DNA of 64,000 nt, taken from NCBI GenBank assembly GCA_025786725.1, contig JAHLTZ010000005.1, positions 620,001-684,000 on the forward strand. Direction: 5' to 3'. The translations under genes were made by a program, and so were the position numbers. The stretch is from Syncephalis fuscata S228 (Eukaryota; Fungi; Zoopagomycota). This document shows positions 1 through 12,314 of this stretch, piece after piece (position 1 is the first letter of the stretch; every line of letters starts with the position of its first letter). A model generated the notes under the pieces. The model saw only the letters and a list, made by a program, of their open reading frames with translations, made no database searches and had not been told where the DNA came from.

Positions 1-1123
1 AGTGGCAGCAGTAGTAGAAGGAGCAGGGCTGGCGCAAAAAAGGATTTGCAAGCACGATTAACTAGAGGCTTGCTAGCGTCTTGTTTAAGCATTGGTGAGG
101 AAGCCTTGTTAAGTGCCGTACAGCAAGGTGATGCTTTACGAGGTAAGCTTGCACTGCAATCAACGCTATGGAATATAGTATTAATCAAATATTACCAATA
201 GCTATTGGATTATTAAAAGAGGGCGTGGCAGCAACGTGCCACGACAGTCATGGGCGTACGCCATTACACTGGGCCGCATCGGGAGGACATGTAGAACTAA
301 TGAAATCACTTGTAGAACATGGTGCCCAAGTTAACGCTCGAGATACAAATGGCAACAGTGCGTTGCATCTGGGTAAGTCATTATTATTATTATTATTACG
401 CAATGACATAGAATAACTCTAACCAATGCACAATAGCGGTTGTATCGAATCATGTTGAATGTGTACTTTTATTATTACATGCAGGTTAGTATTTTAATGT
501 CTAACTGATAGTTGTTTGTTAATTAGTTAAAATAAATATTATAGGTGCATTAGCAACAGCAGCAGATGGATCATCACCATCACCGTTGGATATGGCACGT
601 TCTCGTCTGGCTTTATTACGACGATTACGTCATATGCGACACAAAGCAATTGCGCTGCCCAAGGATGAGTATGATGATAATGACGATGGAGATAATGATA
701 CTACCGTCAATTTATCTGAACATAGTGCTGACGCTATGGAGCAGTTGACACAACGACGCAATACAATAATGCAAATGGAACAGGCAAGTATATTTTTGTG
801 TAGTGTGTATTTTAACTTATTATTATTATTACATTGTATAGATTATTAATTTGTTAAGACATTATGTTTGTTTACGACGTCCAACCATTGGACATCGTAA
901 TGATCCTGGTGCTACTGCCGAATTAACTGTCTCCTCCTTAGATGCTATTACTGAACGGTTGCGAGCTATGGCAGTACAAGATACTGTCGAAGAGGTTAAG
1001 CCGCACTGGCCCGTCGACAGATGCTAGTACAATTACTCCAAATCGATCTTCAAACAATGAAGAAGTCGAAACAGAACTACTTATGAACGATTTGCAAACA
1101 TGTTAAATCGATTCGCATTGTAA
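1..1123 (+). CDS. Ankyrin-repeat protein, ANKRD54-like (5' end outside window; 3' exon has apparent 1-bp indels)
   Basis: Spliced exons 1-142, 202-371, ~437-484, 545-783 and 842-~1123 give ankyrin motifs HGRTPLHWAA, NGNSALHLAVVSNHVECVLLLL and PPLDMARSRL, then QIINLLRHYV and DAITERL as in the ANKRD54 C-terminus. Confidence 0.75.
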
Positions 1124-1284
1124 AAGAATTGGCTATATATTATTTCCTCATCTATTGGAATGTAATTCTGTTATTTTGTATAGTTTAAGTAAATAATCTA
1201 CTATTTGATGCATTATAATGATTTTGATTGTAAACATAAATAATACTATCTGCTTTAACAATAGTATCGGGGTTCATTTAATAC

Positions 1285-1810
1285 GATTCGTGACTCGAAT
1301 GACTGTGCTTGATAGTATTCGCGTACTGAACTAAACATTCGTTCTATTGAGCATGGGACTGGGTAGTGAATATATTTATGATCAGAATACTCATTATCGT
1401 AGATTTATTATTTAGCATGCATATATTGTCTATCTATTTATTATTTTCACACTATATACTCATATGAGCTAAGATTTATAGCCAATAAAGCTAACATTAA
1501 ACGTACAAAGTTTTTAAACAGAACAATTATAAAATAAAAATGATAAAATGGATAGTATGAGTAGTGCTGTTAAGTTTGTCGTGTGTATAGCTCAATGCAA
1601 TGAAAAACGTGTGTTTATTGCAACATACGATAAATAAGAATGTGCTTAATATATCATAAAATGATATGAATGGATAGAATAGATATGCGTACTGGATGAT
1701 AAATCTACAATACAAAGTATTTTGATCAATGATGTCACTCACCATTCGCCATCATGTTTAACAGATTGAATGTTATTAAATGTAGTTATTGGAGCGCCAC
1801 TATTATTAAT
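1285..1810. mobile_element. MITE-like non-autonomous element, copy A, with long imperfect terminal inverted repeats
   Basis: ~1320-1450 (gaactaaacattcgttctattgagcatgg...) is the diverged reverse complement of ~1650-1790 (...gatgtcactcaccattcgccatcatgtttaacag). Both ends and the interior align with 11833-12290. No TSD was identified. Confidence 0.55.
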
Positions 1811-2199
1811 TTCCAAAAAACAAGTAAAAAGTAATGCGTGGAATATGACGATGTATAATGATATTTTTAGTGTGAGAGAAAATAGATAATTACAGTTACC
1901 AAATATGGTAGTAGTAGATTTTGTTGATTAAAAATGAAAACAAAGCAATATTTGTTGTCACTGTTATTATTAGCCGTAACAGTATTAATGTTGGTTGATA
2001 TTTACTTTGACTCCCCCCCAGGGCAGTAATTTTTTTACGCAACTAATCGTAATGATTCGATTAGATTAATTCGTGTTTAAATCATCATTCACAAAAATAT
2101 TAACGTAATGTTATTGTCCATTACCATTTCCATAGAATAAAATTGATTAATTGTAACAGAACATTGTATTAGTAATAATATTAAACATTCAATAAAAAA

Positions 2200-2660
2200 T
2201 GTAACATACTATTTGGCTTCTTTGGAGCATTGAGGTTGATATTGTTGCTGTTGGTCATGTGTAGAAAATTGACAGAATATCAATAGAGTCATATGATTGC
2301 AATTCTATGTCATTCTGCATTATTGTTGTTGCTATGTACAGCATGAATTATTACATCTGAATGGTCTCTTCTATTTTCCAATCTTCTACTGTGTATTTGG
2401 GCATATTTGCAATGTAAGATACTCGTCTATGGTGCCAAAAAGGTAGGATGACTAGCGTTTCTAATGTTCGCTATTCTCTTGAGCATTCTTGGTATTAACT
2501 TAGTAGACGCAGTTTATTTGCCAACCATTGATGAAGCAAATGGCCTCCACCATATGCAATAATAATAGGTTGAGTGTCTTCATCAGAAATATCTTGTGGC
2601 GGTAGTTGTAGCCAGAAGATACGGCATGCTGTTGAGGCTACTTGAACAGGTGTTATGTAA
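2200..2660 (-). pseudogene. Degenerate Fanzor/TnpB-like RNA-guided endonuclease, C-terminal RuvC-II / zinc finger / RuvC-III fragment
   Basis: Minus-strand translation across frameshifts gives, in order: IIIAYGGG (2566-2543), FASSMVGK* (2540-2517), TKLIPRMLKR, IDEYLTLQICP (2430-2398), IIHAVH (2351-2334), CRMT*NCNHM (2319-2290; = C..TWNRD.M) and ILSIF. Motif order and spacing match Fanzor1/TnpB. The RuvC-I DPG region is absent. Confidence 0.7.
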
Positions 2661-3444
2661 AATAAGCGAAATAAAGACTAAGAATTAAATAGTGTTTTTT
2701 ATTGATGTTCAAATACGCATGTTATTTATACTGTTATATTCTGTATTACCGTATAATATACTACAAAATAGAATAACTAAAAAGAAGATAAGACGATAAG
2801 ATAGTAATAGGAAAATGTGATGAAATGAGTAACTAAAGATGTAACAGTCAAAGTAAAATAGCTTCTTAGTTTTAAATTACCGGATTTCTGGCAAAGGAAC
2901 AGAGGTCGAACCAACTGCCATGTGTACATGCGTAAGCACATGCAAATAGCACGGGCACGTCCATACTTTACCATCTCCTATCCACACGCTAGATAAGAGA
3001 GACAGAGTGAGGAATGCAAGAATGAATAATCAAGCGCGTGCTAATAATGTGAGTAGAGGCGAGAGGAGAAGACTCAATTAATGGAGCAACAACGTGCCTA
3101 ACGCGTGACCGGTTCACTATAAACCCTCATCTGATATCAGTGCTATTGCCTGTTCAAGTTCCTTCCTGTTATTCATTCACCGGCATTCCTACTATTCTTT
3201 CGCCTCATCTCTAACACTAATTGACTCATTGCATTGGCGTAGTAACAAATAAGAGATGACCCAAGGGGCTAGTGATACGTATTAATACTATATTTAAGAG
3301 AAAATACGATAAATTATTAAGAAAGTGTGCAGTGGTGTGTAAGTTGGTCTATTCGACCTCCTGAATTGATTCACTTTTAATATTTATCGAACTTGTGGTA
3401 TATATATATATCTATATACTTATATAAATACACACAATTTATCT

Positions 3445-6400
3445 ATGGCATTATCGTTTTGGACACCTTGGTGGCGTGCAGTCAATGGCCGACCTTCGTC
3501 GTCTTCACCGCCACGACGCTCACAACGCCGCCACCATCCATTTGGTCTGGCAAGTTGGCGGCGTACGCTAGCCAAGCCCCGAACACCCATGATTGAAGGA
3601 CCAGCCACTCCGACTCCAGCCGCACCAATACCTGATCCATGCCTTTGCCCGCCTGAAGAACGACATCACACCAGCCATAGTCACAATCACCCGCAAAGTC
3701 ATAAAAATGACGCTAATCCACCGATTGTTCCCGCCAAGTCACGCGTACGACGTAAAGGATGGAAAACATGGACGCGCGATACCACTGGACAACTGGTTCG
3801 ACGAATCTCACATCAAGCAAAATCAGGGGTAAAACTTGGTAATTCAAAGCATCGGAAACAAAGAAGCACTAATTCGCCGTCGTCTCCTTCATTATCACCA
3901 CTATTAACTCCAACATCTCCATCACCTCCATTGTCACCACTACCATTACCACCACCTTTATCGAATGATATTAATATTGATGATGATCACCAAACAAACG
4001 ATAGTGGATGTGGTAAAAGTCTACCCGATGAAGTTTGTTGTCCATTCCAAGGCACACCTAAAAGAAAAGAGGTAATAAGACTAGTAATGATAACAATAAT
4101 AGCTACTAACTAATGAATCGATCACAATTTATAATGGATTACAGTTTAATGAGCATTTTAGTAAGTCAGTCTATTTGGATGATGATTGGTTAATTGATTA
4201 GTTGATTGTTTATTTAGAGTTTCCATTCAAGGACACAACACCAAATTGCGATAATAATAACAGTACTGATCGTCCATCTAAATCAACACTTGAAGAGGAT
4301 AGAGATGTCGATATACCGCGAATGTTCAGTCGATGGAAGGATGCTTTCTGGGGCGATGCCTTTTGGCGACGACTTGAATCGATATTTACATCACCGCATG
4401 GGGCCCGTGATTTAACTGGAGCAGAGCGGCGACTTAGTCAAATACCGCCTGATCCAGCGACTTTACCCGATCGACACGGTCTTAAAGTATTTATTGGTAC
4501 ATGGAATATGAACGGGCGGGTAAGAAATAATGACTACAGCGCTAGAATGAAAGAAATAAAATATTTATAAATAATTAAATAATAGGAACCACCCGTGGCA
4601 TTATCACCATTTCTACCACACAATCGTGATGGACAACAAGCGCCGGAAGATACGCCTAATAATCATTTATTATCCATGTCATCAGCTCCTCCTTATCATC
4701 TACTGGTTATTGGCACGCAAGAATGCCTAAGTACTGCGGCCAATGCAGTATTCTTCTCGCCTGAATACGAGGCATGGGAGCATCGACTATCTAATTGGTT
4801 TGGCAGTGAATACTTTTTAATTGGCAGTCAAGGTATGGGGGCCCTTCATTTGGCAGTATTTGTATGGCATCGGTGCTGGCACTGGATTCGAGGCAAGTGT
4901 ACTTTATATGATCATTAATCATTAATTATTAAACTAACCAAATGATATTAAAATAGCGGTAGAGTCCGCCGAAGTGGCCACTGGTATGGGTGGCATGATT
5001 GGTAATAAGGGCGCCGTAGGCATTTCTGTATTATTTGGCGAAACTTCGCTTTTATTTATTAATTCACATCTAGCAGGTAATAATAGAAACTATTACTATT
5101 TTATTTTATTAATTATTATTATTAGCACACGCTGAACGTATATCACAGCGAAATCAGGATTATGCGCGTATTGAAAAAGAAATGCAACTACGCTCTTACG
5201 AATTAAAAGATGATCCTAAAGATGGTATGTTATTAAGTAACTAATATAACATGGCTAATAATCGATATTTAATTAGCCAGTGGTAACTGGCGTGTAAGCG
5301 ATCAATTTGATTATACCTTTTGGTTTGGTGATTTAAATTATCGTACAACAGCCACACGTGCACAGGCTGATACATGGTTATGTGCAAACCAGCATAAGGT
5401 AAATTAACTAATTAATTGCTTATTTATTTATTTAACAATTACATCATTATAGCGATTATTGGCGCGTGATCAATTAATACGAGAACGCACTGCTCAACGT
5501 GTATTTCACAACTACGACGAGGCACAGATTACTTTTCCGCCAACTTATAAATTCGATGTACCACCTAGCACAGCAGGAAAGAATGGCTGGCGCAGGGCAT
5601 TTACACTTGATACGGCCAGTCTACGTAGTCTACGTATTCGCGCTTCAAGTATTAGCAGTGTTCGTAGTGGTAATAATGGCAGTAGTGGCAATAATGGTAC
5701 TGAGGAAAGTTCGGATGCCGAAAGTGTACAATCATTTGCTACTGTCCGAATTGAGGCTTCTATTGTGGATCGACCGGCATCTGGACGTGCTAGTGCTATT
5801 ATTCCACCACCTGTGCCATTTATTCCTCGATATGACACAAGTCAAAAGCAACGGGTCCCTCGTGGACTGATCGTATTCTATTTCGTCAACGATCGCCGCC
5901 ACAGCCATCGCGACGACCCCGATCTGAAACGAACCTTTCCTCGTTGCTGAATAGCAGTATTAAATCGAGTTCACATCACCACCATCGCATATTGAATAAA
6001 AAGTCAAGCGCTATTATGTTTAATAAGCAGCGGCCATGCGGAGATCAACGCAGTGGCCTACCAATGACCGCCACATCAGTACGTTGTCTTTCGTATAATG
6101 CGGTCATGCAAATGCTTGGCTCGGACCATCGGCCAGTGACGGGTGTTTATCGTATACCGTTTTACTGGGCCGAAACGCCATTACGGGATCCAATGTCGCC
6201 TATATCGCCTTGTTCGCCGCCAGTTATTATGATTGAGGAGCGAAATCGGACGAGCCTACCGAAACGATTATAGAGAGTAGTAAAAATTTAGGACTTAATC
6301 CAAGTATGACCAATATGAATCTATCGTCTAACGAGCTGTATCATTCATCGTCGATAACGGTAGCATCCGCTACACTGCTGTCTCCACCAACCAATGGTAG

Positions 6401-6614
6401 TGTAACCAGTGTAAAGGAATCTAAGCGAAATGGCGGCGATGGCAACGATGGTCGATTGCGTGTCCCGGCCAATGTTGTTGCAGATCGTACTGAGCGATTG
6501 CGAAATCGACAGCGACGTGAATTACAGGCCCGAACACTATTGAAATCGCCTCCATCACGCGATAGCTTTATTAGTCAGCGTCGCAAAACACCTGTACCTA
6601 GTATTATTGGATAG
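3445..6614 (+). CDS. Inositol polyphosphate 5-phosphatase (IPPc domain, INPP5E-like) with long disordered N-terminus
   Basis: Motifs VFIGTWNMNG, LLVIGTQEC, GNKGAVG, NSHLA, FWFGDLNYR, PPTYKFD, KQRVP(S)WTDRILF (1-bp loss at ~5858) and SDHRPV. Multi-exon. The 3' end (6273 vs 6614) is uncertain. Confidence 0.88.
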
Positions 6615-7314
6615 TCAATGGCTTGTTTCTTCTTTTTATTCTTTTATTTCTACGTGCATATTTTCTCTGTTTCATTGCCTCTTATATCTTTTTTCTTTAG
6701 CATTAAGTACTCTGCTTCATTACTATTATTATACTATTTTTATACTTGTTAATTTTTGACATATTATTAATAACATGAGTTAATACATTGTGTTAATCAC
6801 GAAATACTACAAAGCGTTTAATTTTTACTATTGTCTATTTTTACTAAAGCAATAGCTTTATTTAGTACTAATAAATATATAATCAGTTTTAGTCTCATTT
6901 TATTCCTACTTTGTGCCATTAAAGGTTGTTCAGTTTATTGTATTGAAAATTTAATATTTAATGGGTAATAAAAATAAATTATTATTAAAAAACAATATTA
7001 ACTAATCAGCACATTGCATTCTAATTGCTAAAAATAAGTGTTAACAAATATCAAAGACTAAAGGTATAGAATAGCATTAGGATAAAATGTTAGCTATCTA
7101 AAATACAGCTTTTAGAACCAAATTTTAACAATAATATAATTCATTTATGATAAACGTCATTTACAACTGTTTTATTACATATGCCCTACTTTTAGATCAT
7201 CATGCAAATGAATGCTTGTTTGTTTTTATTTAAAATAGTTGCACAAATATTTTAACATTAATGTGTAATGTCTATTAAAATTGCAAAATTGTATTATTCG
7301 TTGTTTTTATTACA

Positions 7315-8486
7315 TATGACCATCATAAAACTGTAATATTCATTGTTTATATATCTTAAAATGCCGATAAAACGCTAATTTACAATTTTAAGCCTGAATT
7401 GGTGCGTCACTGTTATGCCAGTATATAGCAGTACTAAACGTGTAATTTCAGCGCAATTAGGTGGTATAATTCAATGTAGCGTGCTAAAAAATAATAGTAA
7501 TAATTTAGTTAATAAAACGTTGCCACGATTATTTATAGTTTTACGTAAAATAAAGCAAATTGTATGGTATTTTGCACAAGTATGTACATAGCATATAGGC
7601 AGCTATTGTCAAGGTATGCCGTTATTGTATTACGTGGTGGTGTAATAGCTGTGATAATACGCTAATAGATGTGTAAAAATAGCAGTTTTTTGTCGATCAT
7701 GTATAAACAAAATATAGCAAAATAATTGCTAAATTTGAGTTCTCCATGCTTAGCTATAAGGAATGGTATGAAATATAGAACAACGATTTTTGCAACAAAA
7801 GTTAGTCAAAATGTAATTTATGTAAGTATTTGTTAACTAGAATTACGTTATACGTATACATATAGTATAACTCATTGATGTGCATCGCTATTTTAAAATA
7901 ATAACTTGCTATTATGCTTGCTTTAGCACTATAGAAAGCTTTGGATTTACTTACTTTCTTACTAACTTATAATTGCACATAAATTACATTTTGACTAACT
8001 TTTGTTGCAAAAATCGTTGTTCTATATTTCATACCATTCCTTATAGCTAAGCATGGAGAACTCAAATTTAGCAATTATTTTGCTATATTTTGTTTATACA
8101 TGATCGACAAAAAACTGCTATTTTTACACATCTATTAGCGTATTATCACAGCTATTACACCACCACGTAATACAATAACGGCATACCTTGACAATAGCTG
8201 CCTATATGCTATGTACATACTTGTGCAAAATACCATACAATTTGCTTTATTTTACGTAAAACTATAAATAATCGTGGCAACGTTTTATTAACTAAATTAT
8301 TACTATTATTTTTTAGCACGCTACATTGAATTATACCACCTAATTGCGCTGAAATTACACGTTTAGTACTGCTATATACTGGCATAACAGTGACGCACCA
8401 ATTTCAGGCTTAAAATTGTAAATTAGCGTTTTATCGGCATTTTAAGATATATAAACAATGAATATTACAGTTTTATGATGGTCATA
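7315..8486. repeat. Long near-perfect inverted repeat (foldback): arms 7315-7823 and 7977-8486, 153-bp spacer
   Basis: The arms are reverse complements; the only difference I saw is a 1-nt indel (gaattgg vs ccaatttc). Confidence 0.97.
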
Positions 8487-9376
8487 CTGCTATATAGTGT
8501 AACTAAAAATACGCCATGTAGTTAGAAAATATGTTAAAAACGCATGTGAATGATCAAGAAAATAGTACATATATCAAATATTAAGACTAATTAGTAACAA
8601 AATAATAACTATTACAGACTATGACAATGCCAAATACTTAAATTAATTTATAATAAATGTAAACTGATATTTTTTACAATGTTTAATATCTTAAAATGTC
8701 TCGCATTTAAAACCAAATAGTTGCTAAAATATATAATCCATTATTAGAATAATTAAATTAATAAACGTTTAACAGTCTGAATGAAAGCTAAATACATTTA
8801 AAATACTTGAATATGTGCTATTTAATGTTTAGACATAAAATACAAAACACAACGCTATACGCTTACACTTTAAGAACTGGTCTATTTATACACATTACAA
8901 TTTAAAAATATGGACTAATGCTATTTTAGTATATATGTAATCCAAGATAAAAAAATTAAAAATGTATAAAAACTCCATTTTGTTCCCTGCAAACTGCTGC
9001 AGAAGTAGTAAAAAACAAGAAATTGCAATACCATGCTATGTAAAACTTGATTATCAGGCTCTAGTATAAATGTTTGTTGTCATGCAAACACTAAACTAAA
9101 TCTAGAAATACGACTTTGAATTGCTCAAGTTAGGATGCATGAGGTATTGTGTGACTATACAGGCGCTACAATGCTTTTGCTGCACTTAGTACCCATCCAC
9201 GCATACGTTTGTGCTTTAGCAGCAATTATTGCCATATCATTTCATTTACTTTGTCTTTGTCAATACTTACTACCTTAAATTCAATCCAGTGAATTAATTG
9301 TACTTTGATCGATTGTTATTACAATTTCTTCTTATAAAAATAAGCTTTATATATTCAAAATATTGTATTGTCATTT

Positions 9377-10862
9377 ATGGCCATCTTCATTATATTTGAC
9401 ATAAGCCGTCTATGGGCTATTGGAATTATTGGTGCCGCTATTTTGGCTAATGCAGTCACATACACCACTGCTATGCCCGCCGCTAAATCCGATGTGGATC
9501 AAAGTGCCAGCGATGCTACGGCTGTAAAGAACTTTCAAGACTACATACGTATTCGTACCGAGCAGCCAAATCCAGACTACAAATCGGCCATGACATTTCT
9601 GAAACAACTGGCCGATGAAATCACTCTATCGTTCAAAACTGTGGAGCCAGTTGCAAATAAGCCGGTGGCCATTCTTACATGGACTGGCACCGATGCTAGT
9701 TTACCAAGCATTATGCTTAATTCGCATACTGACGTTGTGCCGGTGTTTAAGGTATCCATCGACTGATAGTAACAATATACACAACCAATTTGTACTAACT
9801 AGTAACTAGGACCAATGGACACACGATCCATTTGCCGCTGAACGTGTACGACAAGACAACGGCGACTACAAAATATTTGGGCGTGGCACGCAAGACATGA
9901 AGGTAGTCGGCATTTCGTAAGTACATGTATAAAATCCAATTACCGCAACTAACCAGACATCTAGCTATATCGAAGCATTACGAAGACTTAAACAAGATGG
10001 ATGGCAACCACGTCGCACACTACATCTTACATATGTGCCAGATGAAGAACTTGGAGGAGCCACAGGCATGGCCGTATTTTGCAAGACGAAAGAGTTCAAC
10101 GACTTGAACATTGGAGTTGCTTTGGATGAAGCTGGTACCAGTATATATAATGTACATAATGTCATGTATGGAGAACGCGCACCATGGCCTTTCACTGTCA
10201 AAGCGACTGGAGCTACTGGGCATGGCAGCAAGTTTATTAAAAATACAGCTGCAAAGAAGCTAATGGGAATTGCTAATGAGCTGCTTAAATTCAGCGATGA
10301 GCAAGAGAAGCTTTTGAACAACGGAAGTCATAATGGCAAACTGCATATTTCTGATGTTAGTTCCATCAACCTCACCATGCTAAAAGGTGGCATCCAATTT
10401 AACGTCGTGCCTTCTGAGATGGAAGCTACGTTTGATTTACGCGTAACACCAAAGACTGACACCAAAAAGCTTTCAAAATGGTTAGACGATCTTGCCGTCA
10501 AATACAAGTAGGTTGTTTAACAATATGATATTGCTTTACTTATGATTACAAATCATAGCGTAACAATTACATACAAACATGGTCGTATTGAGCCTGTTCT
10601 CATGCCATTAGATGATAAAAATGTCTGGTGGAATATCATTCAAAATACTTATAAGGATTTAGACATTGCTCCGCGTCCAATAATTGGTATTGGTGCCACT
10701 GATGCTCGTTATTTGCGCGCAATTGGTATACCAGCATTTGGTATTTCTATGTTACCAAACACACCTAAATTGAGTCACTCCAATAATGAGTTTGCTTATG
10801 AAAGTGTATACCTAAAAGCTATTACAAAATACAAAGCGCTAATAAAGAATTTGGCTGCATAA
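9377..10862 (+). CDS. Aminoacylase-1 (peptidase M20A) paralogue with predicted N-terminal signal peptide
   Basis: 4 exons. Motifs [37 protein letters not shown] and SHSNNE. Hydrophobic N-terminus LWAIGIIGAAILANAVTYTTA precedes MPAA. Confidence 0.92.
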
Positions 10863-12314
10863 TTGGCCAATTCATGGTGACACTTGTACATGTTTCCAAT
10901 GTTCTTAAAACGTTGTGTTTTCAATGCAAATAAGTTAATGTTTAAAAGTAAAAACTTTATAAATACTTAGGTTTGATCTTTATTGTAGTTTGATATGACA
11001 AAGTGGTATCCTGAATGAGGATCTTAAACTGAAATGAAAGATTCTAGCTTACTAAGTTTGAATAGAAACAAATACAGCACAGTTTACATATAAAAAAAGA
11101 TATTTTGATTATTAGTTTAAAGCCTCCACAATTAGTTAAATTAAAAGATCATATCATTGGATATTGCTGGTTTTTGTTGTTTGCTCTCATTCTCGTCGGC
11201 TATTCTTGATGCACTAATTTAACATGTACCAACTGTATTATACATGCTTGTTATAAATCTTTATAACAAGCATTCTATGCCACACATCATCTTTTCAAAC
11301 AAGTTTTACTAACAGTATGGCATAGCTAAATGCATAGCATAAATAAACTACACTGAAGTGGTTGATAAACTATGTCATGTGCCGTTCTATCATTGCTTCT
11401 TGTGATTATGTGCCTATCTCTTGGATAGTCAGCATATTCGTTTCTCCATTGTTTTAATACACCATCTAGTTATTATATTTGTATTGCAATACTACTATCA
11501 TATACTATCACTTTTTACTAGTTAAATAGAGCGTCGTTTTCTGTAAGTATAAATGCATTACAGTTAGTTACATCTGGTGTAATTACAATACACTACTCAT
11601 TTGAATAACGGCATTAGTAGTTTATTGTGTTATTATGTTATTGGCTATGCCATTGTTATCAAACTAATACATACATACCGTGTACGATTTTACTTTTAGC
11701 TTTAACTTCAATGTGTGGACACTGCAGTTTATTGATAAGTTAAATGAAACACGTTAATCATATAGTATGCTGTGTATTATTTAATACTATTATGCGGTTT
11801 GTTTTATCAGCAATTTATTGATAAACTGATGTGATCGTGAGTCAAAAACAATATTTGATAATAGGCGTGCAATTGAACTAAACATTTGTTCTTTCAAAAA
11901 TAAAGTTGAATGGTGATTCTGTTAACAAATATGATTGCTAGTATGGCGCAATAAACAAAATAGTTCAAATCTGCAACATGTAAAGCTAGCACTAAACAAA
12001 CAACAGCTCTGCATAAAACAATGTTAAATAAGCTTGAAATAGTATAAAACATAACAAATGAAGAATAAAAAGTATACGGCTGCAGTAAGTAAAGCACGTT
12101 GAAGCCTATAGAGAATAAACAGAATTAATATAAATGGGAATGATATGGATGGATGAGGATACATGTATACTGGATAAGCAGTTTATGATAATAAGCATTT
12201 AATCACTGACGTCACTCGCCACCCAATTCCATGTTCAATAGAATAAATCCTAGTTTAATTGTGCAGATGTTAATAACTCTAATCGTTTAATACCGTATTA
12301 CGATAAATGACCAA
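10851..12314 (+). repeat. 1.46-kb inverted duplication, left arm
   Basis: Reverse complement of 26870-28333. Paired coordinates sum to 39184 at both ends (no net indel). About a dozen substitutions seen by eye. Confidence 0.97.
11833..12290. mobile_element. MITE-like element, copy B (mirrored at ~26894-27351)
   Basis: Left end gcgtgcaattgaactaaacatttgttc matches the copy A left end. Right end gacgtcactcgccacccaattccatgttcaatagaa matches the copy A/D right ends. Interior taaagctagcactaaac matches taaagctaacattaaac. Confidence 0.55.

Noticed and set aside
1706-1755. ATG..G|GTGAGT..TAG 38-nt intron-like pattern on the minus strand of the MITE-like repeat (also at ~46500-46545)
   Set aside because: The spliced peptides are not conserved between copies, copy B lacks the AG, and 38 nt is shorter than the real introns here.
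1527-2974. Listed short ORFs 1527-1745(-) and 2777-2974(-), and similar F/I/L/Y-rich 60-70-aa ORFs in AT-rich spacers
   Set aside because: Composition mirrors AT-rich noncoding or repeat DNA; no family motifs.
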